This document shows, piece after piece, positions 10,620-19,700 of a DNA stretch of 64,000 bases. Position 1 is the stretch's first letter, and each line of letters begins with the position of its first letter. The DNA is from Promethearchaeota archaeon Loki_b31 (GTDB lineage: Archaea > Asgardarchaeota > Lokiarchaeia > Sigyniarchaeales > SOKP01). The notes beneath the pieces are model-generated. The model worked only from the letters and a program-made list of their open reading frames with translations. It was not told where the DNA came from and ran no database searches. Both the position numbers and the translations under genes were made by a program. The stretch is from positions 20,449-84,448 of the forward strand of contig NJBI01000009.1 of NCBI GenBank assembly GCA_005222975.1. The letters are read 5' to 3'.

Positions 10620-11270
10620 TTTTTTATAATCACTAACTTTATTTTTAGTATTTTTTAATATTTTAATTCTGTAATTATTTTTAAACTAAGAAATGAAGAT
10701 CACCAGTATGCTATTTTAAGATTTGGAATTAGGTAAAAAATAGCGTAGAAGTTCAAAAAGAAAACGCATAAAAGCGTAAATAGTGAAAATTGATGCGGAA
10801 CCTAATAATTATTCTTCTAAAATTCATCAATCTATAGTGGAGGGTTTCATATTTAGAAGATAAAATTAACAATTTTTTGTGAAAAACACAATTTTGCAAT
10901 TCTAATCCCAACTAGTAAAATTATTTTTTCACAACCGTCGTAGTTACAGATTAAACTGGGAATATAAAAACAATCCTAATAGAAAAATTGATTTAAAATA
11001 ATCGTGGATATATGTCAAAATAGAATTATGACAATATTCTTAATAAGATAAAAACCCCTATAAAATCTATGCATAAATCAAATATTATTAGAATTGGGTT
11101 TTAAATTTTCGACTTTTCTTAAGTCTCCCGTTGAAATTACATGTTAATTATTATATTTGTCATAAATTTGTGAGAATTGTCCTATTTAAACCCCATTTTT
11201 TTATATAAAAGTCAAAGAAATTAAATAATTAAAATAAGACTATTAATTAAAGGAAATTCGAAAAAAAGAG

Positions 11271-11501
11271 TTGGAGCATGTGCAGAAAGACGATGATTTT
11301 CGGTTCGAAAAGTTAGATTGCCCGCGATGTAAGTCCAAGAAGATGATTAGGTTTGCGTGGGAGTCTGAAGCCGAACTCGAATGCACGGAGTGCGGAGAGC
11401 GATTTGACGAGAAAGACCTGTTAACTATCGACGACCCCTCGAACATTTTAACTGTCAAAGAAAAGTTAGCGTTCATTCGCGCTTTCAAAGAAAGCGATTA
11501 G
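11271..11501 (+). CDS. small Zn-ribbon protein
   Basis: CPRC...CTECG; TTG start, exact start uncertain. Confidence 0.65.
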   Translation: MEHVQKDDDFRFEKLDCPRCKSKKMIRFAWESEAELECTECGERFDEKDLLTIDDPSNILTVKEKLAFIRAFKESD

Positions 11502-11575
11502 TCCTGATTTATTGAAGTCTCCTGTTTGAAGAAATCTAATTTTTTCTTTATAAATTCTCGCCATATATTGATTTT

Positions 11576-12337
11576 ATGTTGGATCTATTCTTTTGGCTGT
11601 TCTTAATGCTATTAATTTCCATCGGAGTTCAAACTTGGTATAGACGCGTTCACACCCGGGGTCTCAAAGCGTTTCTGCACATTTTAGCCTTCGTTGGGGT
11701 TTTTGTTCACGAAGTGGCTCATTACGCCTTCAATGTTTTGTTTGGCGTCAAAACCGGCAAAGTAAAAGTTAAATACCGTAGCGAAGATAAAATGAGGGTC
11801 GCCCCTCACGGATCGGTCGGTTTACCTGAGTTCGAGCGAAACTCTTTTCTACAAACGTTTGTTGGCAGCGTAGCCCCGTTGTTTGTGTCGACTTTCCTTT
11901 TTCTTTTTTGCGTAGACATCATTTTCAACATACAAACTGATGCTTGGGTAAATGTAGTTGCCATCGTTTTCTGCGTATCGCTTTTTATCGGTTCCGAACC
12001 TTCGGGGCAAGACATGAAACTAATTGGCGAGACTTTTAAAAGAGACCCGAAATATTCCATTTACCAAATAGCTTTAGTCGTCGCGTCAGGGCTCATCGTG
12101 TGGTTTTTCGTAGACCTCTATTTTATCTACCTACCATTTGAAGTTCTATACTACATCGAATACTTCTTTTTCGTGATATTGGTCTATTTCGTTTTGAAAA
12201 CTGCCTTTTGGATTATCAGCAGTTGTTTCAGTGCTTTAAAAAGGCCTAAATTTCCAAGTATAAAGTTGTTGACTCGAAGGAGAAGGTTTAAAATGTTTGC
12301 TCCAAGAAAATTAAAAGAAAAAGAGGCGCAATGGTAA
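11576..12337 (+). CDS. M50-like intramembrane zinc metalloprotease
   Basis: HEVAH (HExxH) in a hydrophobic segment, AP motif, PSxQD third-ligand motif, multiple TM helices. Confidence 0.7.
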   Translation: MLDLFFWLFLMLLISIGVQTWYRRVHTRGLKAFLHILAFVGVFVHEVAHYAFNVLFGVKTGKVKVKYRSEDKMRVAPHGSVGLPEFERNSFLQTFVGSVAPLFVSTFLFLFCVDIIFNIQTDAWVNVVAIVFCVSLFIGSEPSGQDMKLIGETFKRDPKYSIYQIALVVASGLIVWFFVDLYFIYLPFEVLYYIEYFFFVILVYFVLKTAFWIISSCFSALKRPKFPSIKLLTRRRRFKMFAPRKLKEKEAQW

Positions 12338-12688
12338 GTGAAAGGTTTTTGTTTAGTGGCGGTCGTAGTCGCAATGTTGATGTTTTACCAAAAAGAACCC
12401 GTATACACCCTAGTTATTATCGGTGTAGGATTATTCTTCTATTTGTTCTACAAAGCGAGAAAGAGCGGAAATGGAAACGGTCTACTGGGGGCTTTTTTGA
12501 GCAGAAATCAGACTTCGCAAGATAGAAACTTCGACGATTTAATGGCATTAATAATGCTCCAACAACTACTCTCCAACAATCCTCAAGGCTCGAGCGCTTC
12601 AAGGGAAATATCCGAAGAGAGCCAGAAGCGTCGAGAAGAGATAGATAAAATTCAGCGAGAAGTTTTAGACTTGCTGGATAGCGATTAA
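12338..12688 (+). CDS. small membrane protein with C-terminal coiled coil
   Basis: GTG start abutting the previous stop; 2 TM helices. Confidence 0.65.
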   Translation: MKGFCLVAVVVAMLMFYQKEPVYTLVIIGVGLFFYLFYKARKSGNGNGLLGAFLSRNQTSQDRNFDDLMALIMLQQLLSNNPQGSSASREISEESQKRREEIDKIQREVLDLLDSD

Positions 12689-12717
12689 TCTTTTTATTTT
12701 TAGATGGTAATTAAATC

Positions 12718-13428
12718 ATGATCGAGCTCGAAGAATCGGCAATTATTTCTCATATTTTCGATTTAGCTAAGAAAAACGGTCTTATATCGATCGCCGGCAA
12801 ATCTGGTACGGGAAAAACCACCTTGGCTCTGCAATTTGTTAGCACACTTATGACGCTCGAAAAAACTTACCGAGACCAGTGCGTCTGGATACAAGCAAGC
12901 GAACAATTTCCTAAAAAAAGGTTAAGAACGCTTTTTGAAAGTTATTCTGATAAAGTCAATTACGTTCTGAAAAACATATTTATTGCCCCTGGAATAAAAC
13001 CTTTTTCTAACTACCAAGAGCAATCTTCTTACTTTAGAAAATTAAAGACCACGATTTTTCCAAGTAACGCTAAAATCATCGTTATCGACAATATTTCCCA
13101 TTTTTTGCGCTTTAACATCGCTTCTAACTCGGACTTTAAAAAACGGGGAGCTATCATGGACGAATTTTTCAGCGTACAGTTGTTTCCCTTAATAATGCGT
13201 TGCCTAAGAGAGAAAATAATTCTTATCTTGGTCCACGAGGTTTCTTTCGATCCTACCTCAGGCAAGACAAAACCTTTTTTTAGCAAGTTATACGATAGAA
13301 TTGACTCGATAAACATCAACCTCTCGAAGACTATGGGTTCGGGTCTAAAACAGATGGAAATTAGTTCGAAAGGTACCTCTACGAAGTTTGTCTACGAAAT
13401 TGCAGAATCTGGAATCGTAAATTTGTAA
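12718..13428 (+). CDS. RadB-like RecA-family ATPase
   Basis: GKSGTGKT Walker A, EQFPKKRL, IVIDNIS Walker B; lacks the N-terminal HhH domain. Confidence 0.8.
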   Translation: MIELEESAIISHIFDLAKKNGLISIAGKSGTGKTTLALQFVSTLMTLEKTYRDQCVWIQASEQFPKKRLRTLFESYSDKVNYVLKNIFIAPGIKPFSNYQEQSSYFRKLKTTIFPSNAKIIVIDNISHFLRFNIASNSDFKKRGAIMDEFFSVQLFPLIMRCLREKIILILVHEVSFDPTSGKTKPFFSKLYDRIDSININLSKTMGSGLKQMEISSKGTSTKFVYEIAESGIVNL

Positions 13429-13521
13429 TAAGGGTTAGCGTTTCCGATTATATAAAGGCAAAATTTTAATGTGCCAATTTTCCTTTTCCTTTAAATACAT
13501 TGGTGAAGAAGATAATTTACG

Positions 13522-13896
13522 ATGAATGCGCCAAATACCACGATCACGAACGAAATAAAATGTTCGATCTGTCGAGCCGACATAAAACACCGCAAGATGT
13601 ACCAAACAAGTTTGAAGCTCGGTGTGATTTGTAGGATGTGTAGGCAGCGCTTCTCAGACGAGGACATCGAGATGATTATAAACATGTTTTTCGCGTTTGG
13701 GGGATTCTTTGGGGCACTCGATAGGTCCAAATTCTCCATCGAGGATACTATCCTTGAATTTGCCAAAAATTTAGATAAAGAAAAGGTTGATTTTCATTCG
13801 CAAAACATCAGAATGTGGCATAAAGTATTAACTCACGGTATTACCCCAAAAGAGTTTTTAAAAGAATTATCAGCTTTTTCTGAGCAAGAACTGTGA
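13522..13896 (+). CDS. Zn-finger hypothetical protein
   Basis: CSIC...CRMC. Confidence 0.65.
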   Translation: MNAPNTTITNEIKCSICRADIKHRKMYQTSLKLGVICRMCRQRFSDEDIEMIINMFFAFGGFFGALDRSKFSIEDTILEFAKNLDKEKVDFHSQNIRMWHKVLTHGITPKEFLKELSAFSEQEL

Positions 13897-14083
13897 ATGC
13901 TTAGTATTTAGGGAATTAATATAGAAAGAATTTTAAACTTAGCTCTTCGTTTTTGTTATTTCTTATAAATATTATTATTATCCGTTATTTCATGACTTTG
14001 ATACAAACAAACTATTTTTGAATTAATTCTTTAAAGATTATTTTTATGTTATGAGTATATATCGTTAGAAGTTAGATTATTGT

Positions 14084-14206
14084 ATGAGAAAATTAGCAGA
14101 AAAACTCAAAAAAGTAGACATAGAATTATCTAAATGGACCAGAGAAGTTCTATTTGAGCATTTAGTAGAAGTATGTCAAGATATTAAACAACATGGGAAA
14201 TTATAA
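14084..14206 (+). CDS. 40-aa small ORF, possible ribbon-helix-helix remnant
   Basis: MRKLAEKLKKVDIELSKWTREVLFEHLVEVCQDIKQHGKL*, read by hand; below the ORF-track cutoff. Confidence 0.3.
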   Translation: MRKLAEKLKKVDIELSKWTREVLFEHLVEVCQDIKQHGKL

Positions 14207-14354
14207 AGAGCCTAATACTATTTTTATTTTCCAATTTCAATTTAGTTTAAAGAGTTAGAATTTTTAATCCAATTTTTTATGAATAAATGAAATTGTGTAC
14301 AATTTTTTTCTTTATTAGTAACCGTGTCTAATCTGAATTAATTTAAATTACATT

Positions 14355-15640
14355 ATGGAGTTGATACAAAAAAACGTCAGATTTAGACCAAGTAAAAGGG
14401 ATCAACGCTCGACAGATAAAGCTCTTGCAAGAGAGCGGTATTAGCACGGCGGAAGCTTTAGCAATGTCCCCACATAACATCATATCGGAGATCGACGGGT
14501 TAGGCGATAAAACAGCCAAGAAACTGATTTGGAATGCGCGAAACGCGTTAGGTATGACTGAGTTCATAACTGCCGATGACATCGACGAGAACACCGAGTA
14601 CATTACCACTGGCTCTTCCGAATTAAACAGAATTTTAGGCGGCGGATTCCAAACCGGAAAACTTACCGAAGTGTACGGACCCTTTAAGTCCGGTAAAACC
14701 AATTTAGCTCATACGATCGCTGTAACCATCCAGCTTCCTAAAAAAAAAGGAGGTTTAGGTTCCACAGTAGCCTACATCGACACCGAAAATACTTTTGCTA
14801 AGGAAAAAATCAAAAGAATCGCCAAAAGGTTTGGACTGGATCCGAAGAAGGTTCTATCGCAAATTTATCACGCCAGGATTTATTCATCGGACCACCAATC
14901 GCAAATGATTCAAAAAGCTGAAACTTTATGCAAAACTCGAAATGTGCGTTTAATTGTAGTAGACAGTTTGATGGCGCTTTTGCGGGCCGAATATGTGGGT
15001 ATTGGCATGTTAGCTCGTCGACAAAGCTTTTTGAACAATATGATACACGCCCTTTCCCGGGTTGCAGAGACATACAATTGTGCTGTTCTTCTTACCAATC
15101 AAGTTTCGACTAAGATGATGGGAATGTTTTCAGGAAACGACGCAATTGGCGGAAATAGTGATAAGATATTTCATCAATCACTTCTAAATCGTAGCCCATG
15201 GCTGCCACTTTCGTGTGATGTTTAAAACTAAAGGTTTCTCTTCCAATAATTCGTTAAAGCGGAGAGCTATAATAGTGGATGCGCCAGACTTGCCACCTGA
15301 AGAAGCAGAGTTTTACATAACGAGTGTAGGAATTGCCGACACGGAAAAGGGAGAGGTTCCCGAAGCTCAAGGCTTAGATTTCGAAGTCGAGACATTGTAC
15401 GAAGAAGAGAGTAACGCCGAAGAGAGCGAAGTTTCCGATAATGGTAATGGTAACCATTCGCTCATTGATGTTAAAGGAATTGGAGCCGGCACCGCAAAGA
15501 ACTTAATAAAGGTCGGAGTAGGCTCTGTAAAAGAGTTGGTAAGTTCTGACCCCGAAAAAGTGGCTTCTAAAATTAACGGAGTCTCTTCTAAAATGGTCCT
15601 TGAATGGCAAACCAACGCAAAGACCTTGTTGAGCGTTTAA
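14355..15640 (+). CDS. radA: RadA/Rad51-family recombinase with C-terminal HhH domain; interrupted by a 31-nt putative intron (15157-15187) and a 1-nt frameshift in A7 (14368-14374)
   Basis: N-terminal HhH (DLDQVKGINARQIKLL), TTGSSELNRILGGG, GPFKSGKT, YIDTENTF, VVDS, LTNQV; removing 15157-15187 joins AIGGN to IVAHGCHFRVMF. Confidence 0.85.
15157..15187 (+). other. putative BHB-type mRNA intron in radA (31 nt)
   Basis: central helix GGAA/UUCU, bulges AUA and AAA, inner stem GUGAU/AUCAC; canonical cuts restore frame and motif. Confidence 0.8.
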
Positions 15641-15765
15641 AAATTAATAATTATTACTATTTTTTTTTTCCTATCTACTTACTATTAGTGTTCTCTATTA
15701 TCAGTGGCTTAGTTCCAGTAACTTTAGTTCTTATTTTTATATCTTTACTTATTCGAAGAAAGAAG

Positions 15766-15993
15766 TTAAAGAACTTCGTCATAAAAATAGTACATGATTA
15801 CGGCTGAAAAAATCCCTGCGGCAATAAAAGACATCGCTGACCACTCGGATGTAAACAATACAACCCAGAAATTCTTTTGAACTTGAGAAAAAGTTGTATA
15901 TGCGCCCCAAATCGCTAAATTTATGGCACATGCTAAAAGAAATGCAATTACCATCCAGATAGCAAAAATTATTATTACTTTTATAATCCACAT
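15766..15993 (-). CDS. small membrane protein
   Basis: 75 aa, two hydrophobic segments. Confidence 0.45.
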   Translation of the reverse strand: MWIIKVIIIFAIWMVIAFLLACAINLAIWGAYTTFSQVQKNFWVVLFTSEWSAMSFIAAGIFSAVIMYYFYDEVL

Positions 15994-16111
15994 CTTTTAT
16001 GTAAAATGCTTATTTTTATCATAGTTAACGCAGATTATCTATTTATATGTATATGGAACGATTTTTTACAAAAAATGAAGCAATTATTAAATTAAGATTT
16101 TAGTAAAAAAG

Positions 16112-17143
16112 TTAATTGGTCCGCAAACTGACAGAGTTCTTTTTCCTGCGAACGCTTCCTATAACGATCAAAGCTCCAACTACGAGTCCCGCGCTGAGGA
16201 TAAACCCGAGAGTCCATTCTATCGGCACATAAAAGTAGCCTTGAATAGTTCCGTTGGTTGGTTCGGGGTCTGGCTCGGTTCCGTTTATACCGGTGCTTAT
16301 AGAATAGTCTTCAGCTATCGCGTAAGCTATGTTTACCACGTCGACCTTGCAATAGATTTTGATTTTAACAGTGTAAACTCCGCCAACCGCGGTCCCGAAG
16401 TTAAAGTGCAAGACCGTTCCAACGTTTCCAACGGTGTCGTTTCTGTAGATAATAAAGTTGATGTCGTCGGGGTCGGTTAGATCGTAATCAATGCCGACTT
16501 CTTGACTAATTGGCTCGCCTCCAATCGCAGAAACTCTTCCGAGATAAAATTTGTAAGACACATCGGTTTTAAGCATTACGTTGTGTTCAATAATCGATCC
16601 GGCGAGAAACTTGTTGACTTGATATAACTCTAGATTGGCGATGAATTCAGGAGACATGATGTCGTACAGGCATTTGTCTTCCTTATCAAAAGAGATTTTA
16701 ATGTATAAATTTAAGTTCAGCTCGGCAATAACCGAAAAAATAAGAGTGTAGTTTCCGTCAATCGCCGTCCCGAACGGTATTTCGAACCACTGGTCGCCGT
16801 GCGACACGTTGACTTCGGTTTTGAATATTTGATAAATGTCTGAGTCGGGATCTACCACCGTAACGTTGATCTCGCAATCGTGTGGCGTTACGATTTCTAC
16901 TAAGATGTAATAATTGAGCTCTTCGTACAAGTACAAGTCGTCGAACTGTTGAATATCGCTCGGAGCTAGAAATGTGAACACTTTGTCTACGAGCAATTCT
17001 TCGGAGCTCGCGTTAGGCGCGTCTATAAGTGCTAACTCGATATTTTCGTTGCCATTGAAGATAATTCGAAATTTATTAGTTAACAACCCAATAGTTAATC
17101 CTGATACGACCAAAAAAGCAAAAAGTATCGCTTTTGTATGCAA
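16112..17143 (-). CDS. membrane-anchored extracellular beta-sandwich protein
   Basis: N-terminal signal, two internal DPDxxxY/F-type beta-rich repeats, PEPDP linker, C-terminal TM and basic tail. Confidence 0.7.
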   Translation of the reverse strand: MHTKAILFAFLVVSGLTIGLLTNKFRIIFNGNENIELALIDAPNASSEELLVDKVFTFLAPSDIQQFDDLYLYEELNYYILVEIVTPHDCEINVTVVDPDSDIYQIFKTEVNVSHGDQWFEIPFGTAIDGNYTLIFSVIAELNLNLYIKISFDKEDKCLYDIMSPEFIANLELYQVNKFLAGSIIEHNVMLKTDVSYKFYLGRVSAIGGEPISQEVGIDYDLTDPDDINFIIYRNDTVGNVGTVLHFNFGTAVGGVYTVKIKIYCKVDVVNIAYAIAEDYSISTGINGTEPDPEPTNGTIQGYFYVPIEWTLGFILSAGLVVGALIVIGSVRRKKNSVSLRTN

Positions 17144-17144
17144 T

Positions 17145-17462
17145 TTAATAGCCGTACACCTCCAATTCTTTGAACTCCGAGATTAATTCCTTAACGATGG
17201 GACATCTGTCGTAATCGATGCAGGTAAAACACGGTTGGTCCGACCAGAAATACGCTTTTTGGTCCGGTCTTTCGACTATAAGTAGCGGGAACTTGCTTTT
17301 TGGACATTCCAGAGCCGAATTGTTTATTTTACCTCTTTTAGGTAGCGCGTACGAGAGTCCGCACACCTCGCACTTAACGAACCGTTTGTAATTGTTCGTC
17401 TTAAAAACGATTAGAGAGCACTCGCAACTAGGGCAAGCGCCTATTTCATCTAGTTTTTTCAA
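17145..17462 (-). CDS. multi-Zn-ribbon protein (topoisomerase C4-like)
   Basis: CPSC, CEVC, CPKS, CFTC...C clusters; operonic with the 16112 gene. Confidence 0.7.
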   Translation of the reverse strand: MKKLDEIGACPSCECSLIVFKTNNYKRFVKCEVCGLSYALPKRGKINNSALECPKSKFPLLIVERPDQKAYFWSDQPCFTCIDYDRCPIVKELISEFKELEVYGY

Positions 17463-17869
17463 CTGAAAAACTCCTTTAATTTAATTTTAAAGGGAAAAAT
17501 AGCTTGGGCTATTTAAAGAAAAAAAGGCTTTCCGACAAAAAATCAGAAATCAAGGAAAGAGGTTTCTTTTAAATGAAACGATGTTCCTTTTAAATTTTGA
17601 AACTCCTTTATTTTTTTTTTAGATTGGTTAGGGTTTTTAATTCTAACCTTTCTTTTTTATTACATTAATCAAGTCTAAAAGCATTCGCCAATTTCTCCAC
17701 TAAACAATTTTACTACTTTTAAAAATCCCTGTAAATTTTTAATAAATAATATTCTATACCTTTTTTTTTAAAAAACTAATATCTAATGCTTCTATTTTTA
17801 TATTTTAAATTATAAAAGATATTGTATAAGTAGAAACATTTAAAAAAAAGCCAAAAAAGAGGTAAGAAA

Positions 17870-18169
17870 ATGAATAAAATATTGCAATTTTTATTTGCAT
17901 TTTTCTTTTGTCTTTGTGTTATAGTTATATTTTTTATTGGTTGGAGTATAATAGATGAGTGGATAATATTTTTCGATTACGGTTGGAATTGGCACGAATA
18001 TACCGCCACTCCTATAATTTTATGGGATATTTTTTTCGATAATATATTGACAATACTTGTTATTACTACATGTATTACTTCAATTGGATTTTTTTTATAT
18101 CATTATTATTATCATTATAGAGAAAAAAAAATAAAAAGTGAATTATCGAAGCATCAAATAGCGATTTAA
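17870..18169 (+). CDS. small membrane protein
   Basis: 99 aa, 2 TM helices. Confidence 0.55.
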   Translation: MNKILQFLFAFFFCLCVIVIFFIGWSIIDEWIIFFDYGWNWHEYTATPIILWDIFFDNILTILVITTCITSIGFFLYHYYYHYREKKIKSELSKHQIAI

Positions 18170-18433
18170 ACAATTTTTCTTTTAGCACTTTAAAAGTACT
18201 TTTCTTTTCTTCAATGGCTAATATGTTCGAATTGCCAAACTTCTCTAAATCCTCTTTACCAAATTTTAAATTCTATTCAGCACGTTCGAAAGTGCCGCTA
18301 TAATTTTCTTTCCATTATATCGGGGGCACGGAGATCTGTCGTTTTTCAATTACCGATCGCATTCTTTAAAAGTAATAGTATCTTAATATTTAAACGATAT
18401 CTTTAAAAAAATTAAAGATAGTGGTGTAAATCA

Positions 18434-19636
18434 ATGAAGAAATCAAAAAAAAAATCAAAAAAAATCAAAAAAATAAATATCTTGCTGATTATTCTACTTA
18501 TTTCAATGTTTATCGTAATTCCAAATTTGTTAATAAGTATACAGAGAGAGATCGAAATTCCCATTGAAGAGAAGAATCCTAACGAGATTATTAATATACG
18601 ACCACCCCAAGAATCTTCTGTTTACTACGAAGATACGACAGGATCTGCACGTGGTGTTTATGTGAGCGGAGATTACGCCTATGTGGCAGATGATACTTCC
18701 GGTTTGGCGGTTATCGACATTTCCGATCCGACAAACCCGGGAACGCCCATCTACGAAAACACGATAGGATCTGCACGTGGCGTTTACGTGAGCGGAGATT
18801 ACGCCTATGTGGCAGATACTTTCTCGGGCTTGGCGGTCATCGACATTTCCGACCCGACAAACCCGGGAACGCCCGTCTACGAAGACACGACCGGAGAGGC
18901 ACATTGTGTTTACGTGAGCGGAGATTACGCCTATGTGGCGGATAGTACTTCTGGCTTGGGTGTCATCGACATTTCCGACCCGACAACCCCTGGAACGCCC
19001 GCCTACGCAGACACGACCAAATATGCATATGATATTTACGTGAGCGGAGATTACGCCTACTTGGCGGATCTTGAATCGGGCTTAGCAATCATCGATATTT
19101 CAGATCCGACAAACCCGGGAACGCCCGTCTACGAAGACACGAGCGGAGGTGCAATTGGCGTTTACGTGAGCGGAGATTACGCCTATGTGGCGGATGGTCC
19201 TTCCGGCTTGGCGGTCATTCAAGTCAGAAAGAGGGTTGCTATGGAAAACCCGATAATATCAAACGCCCCAAGCGATCTTACTGTGGAAGCGGGATATACC
19301 GGACAGAGCTTGTCGTGGACGGCAACTGATGCAAATCCAGATACTTATACGATCGAACTGAATGGAACTGGTATAGTAGTATCGTCTACACCTTGGGCTA
19401 ATAATGCGCCGGTCGTATATAATAACCCCGATGGCTTTTCTCCTGGTGTTTATGCATATACAATAACTTTTACAGACGAAGGTGGAAATTCTATCTCGAA
19501 CACAGTTACGGTAACTATTAAATCAATCCCTGAAGGAGGAATTCCATTTGGTAATTTCTTCTTGATATTCATTGGATTTAGCGTAATTTGCTTAATTTTT
19601 GCCAAAAAACGCCAAATTGTTCGCGAATCTAGATAA
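18434..19636 (+). CDS. LVIVD-repeat (beta-propeller-like) membrane-anchored surface protein
   Basis: five 42-aa repeats VYVSGDYAYVAD..SGLAVIDISDPTNP, Ig-like domain, N- and C-terminal TM segments. Confidence 0.9.
   Translation: MKKSKKKSKKIKKINILLIILLISMFIVIPNLLISIQREIEIPIEEKNPNEIINIRPPQESSVYYEDTTGSARGVYVSGDYAYVADDTSGLAVIDISDPTNPGTPIYENTIGSARGVYVSGDYAYVADTFSGLAVIDISDPTNPGTPVYEDTTGEAHCVYVSGDYAYVADSTSGLGVIDISDPTTPGTPAYADTTKYAYDIYVSGDYAYLADLESGLAIIDISDPTNPGTPVYEDTSGGAIGVYVSGDYAYVADGPSGLAVIQVRKRVAMENPIISNAPSDLTVEAGYTGQSLSWTATDANPDTYTIELNGTGIVVSSTPWANNAPVVYNNPDGFSPGVYAYTITFTDEGGNSISNTVTVTIKSIPEGGIPFGNFFLIFIGFSVICLIFAKKRQIVRESR
18626..19222 (+). repeat. intragenic 126-nt tandem repeat, about 4.7 copies
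   Basis: unit starts at 18626, 18752, 18878, 19004 and 19130. Confidence 0.9.
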
Positions 19637-19662
19637 TAAATCAAAAATCCAACAAATTAACG

Positions 19663-19700
19663 TTAACACCTTTTAGGTGTTAAGAATTTTTTTTTCTTTT
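19663..19700 (+). terminator. hairpin plus T-run terminator
   Basis: TTAACACCT-TTT-AGGTGTTAA followed by a poly-T tract just after the LVIVD gene. Confidence 0.6.

Noticed and set aside
15158-15188. Spliceosomal GT-AG, group I/II intron or intein interpretation
   Set aside because: One shifted register starts with GT but ends in AA. The other inserts lack GT-AG ends, and 29-32 nt is far too short for self-splicing introns or inteins.
14425-15640. radA as two separate genes (266 aa and 141 aa) or a simple pseudogene
   Set aside because: The break is a discrete 31-nt structured insert whose removal restores the conserved motif; both halves are otherwise intact.
18626-19222. CRISPR-like array
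   Set aside because: The repeats are in-frame 126-nt coding units with no unique spacers and no cas genes.
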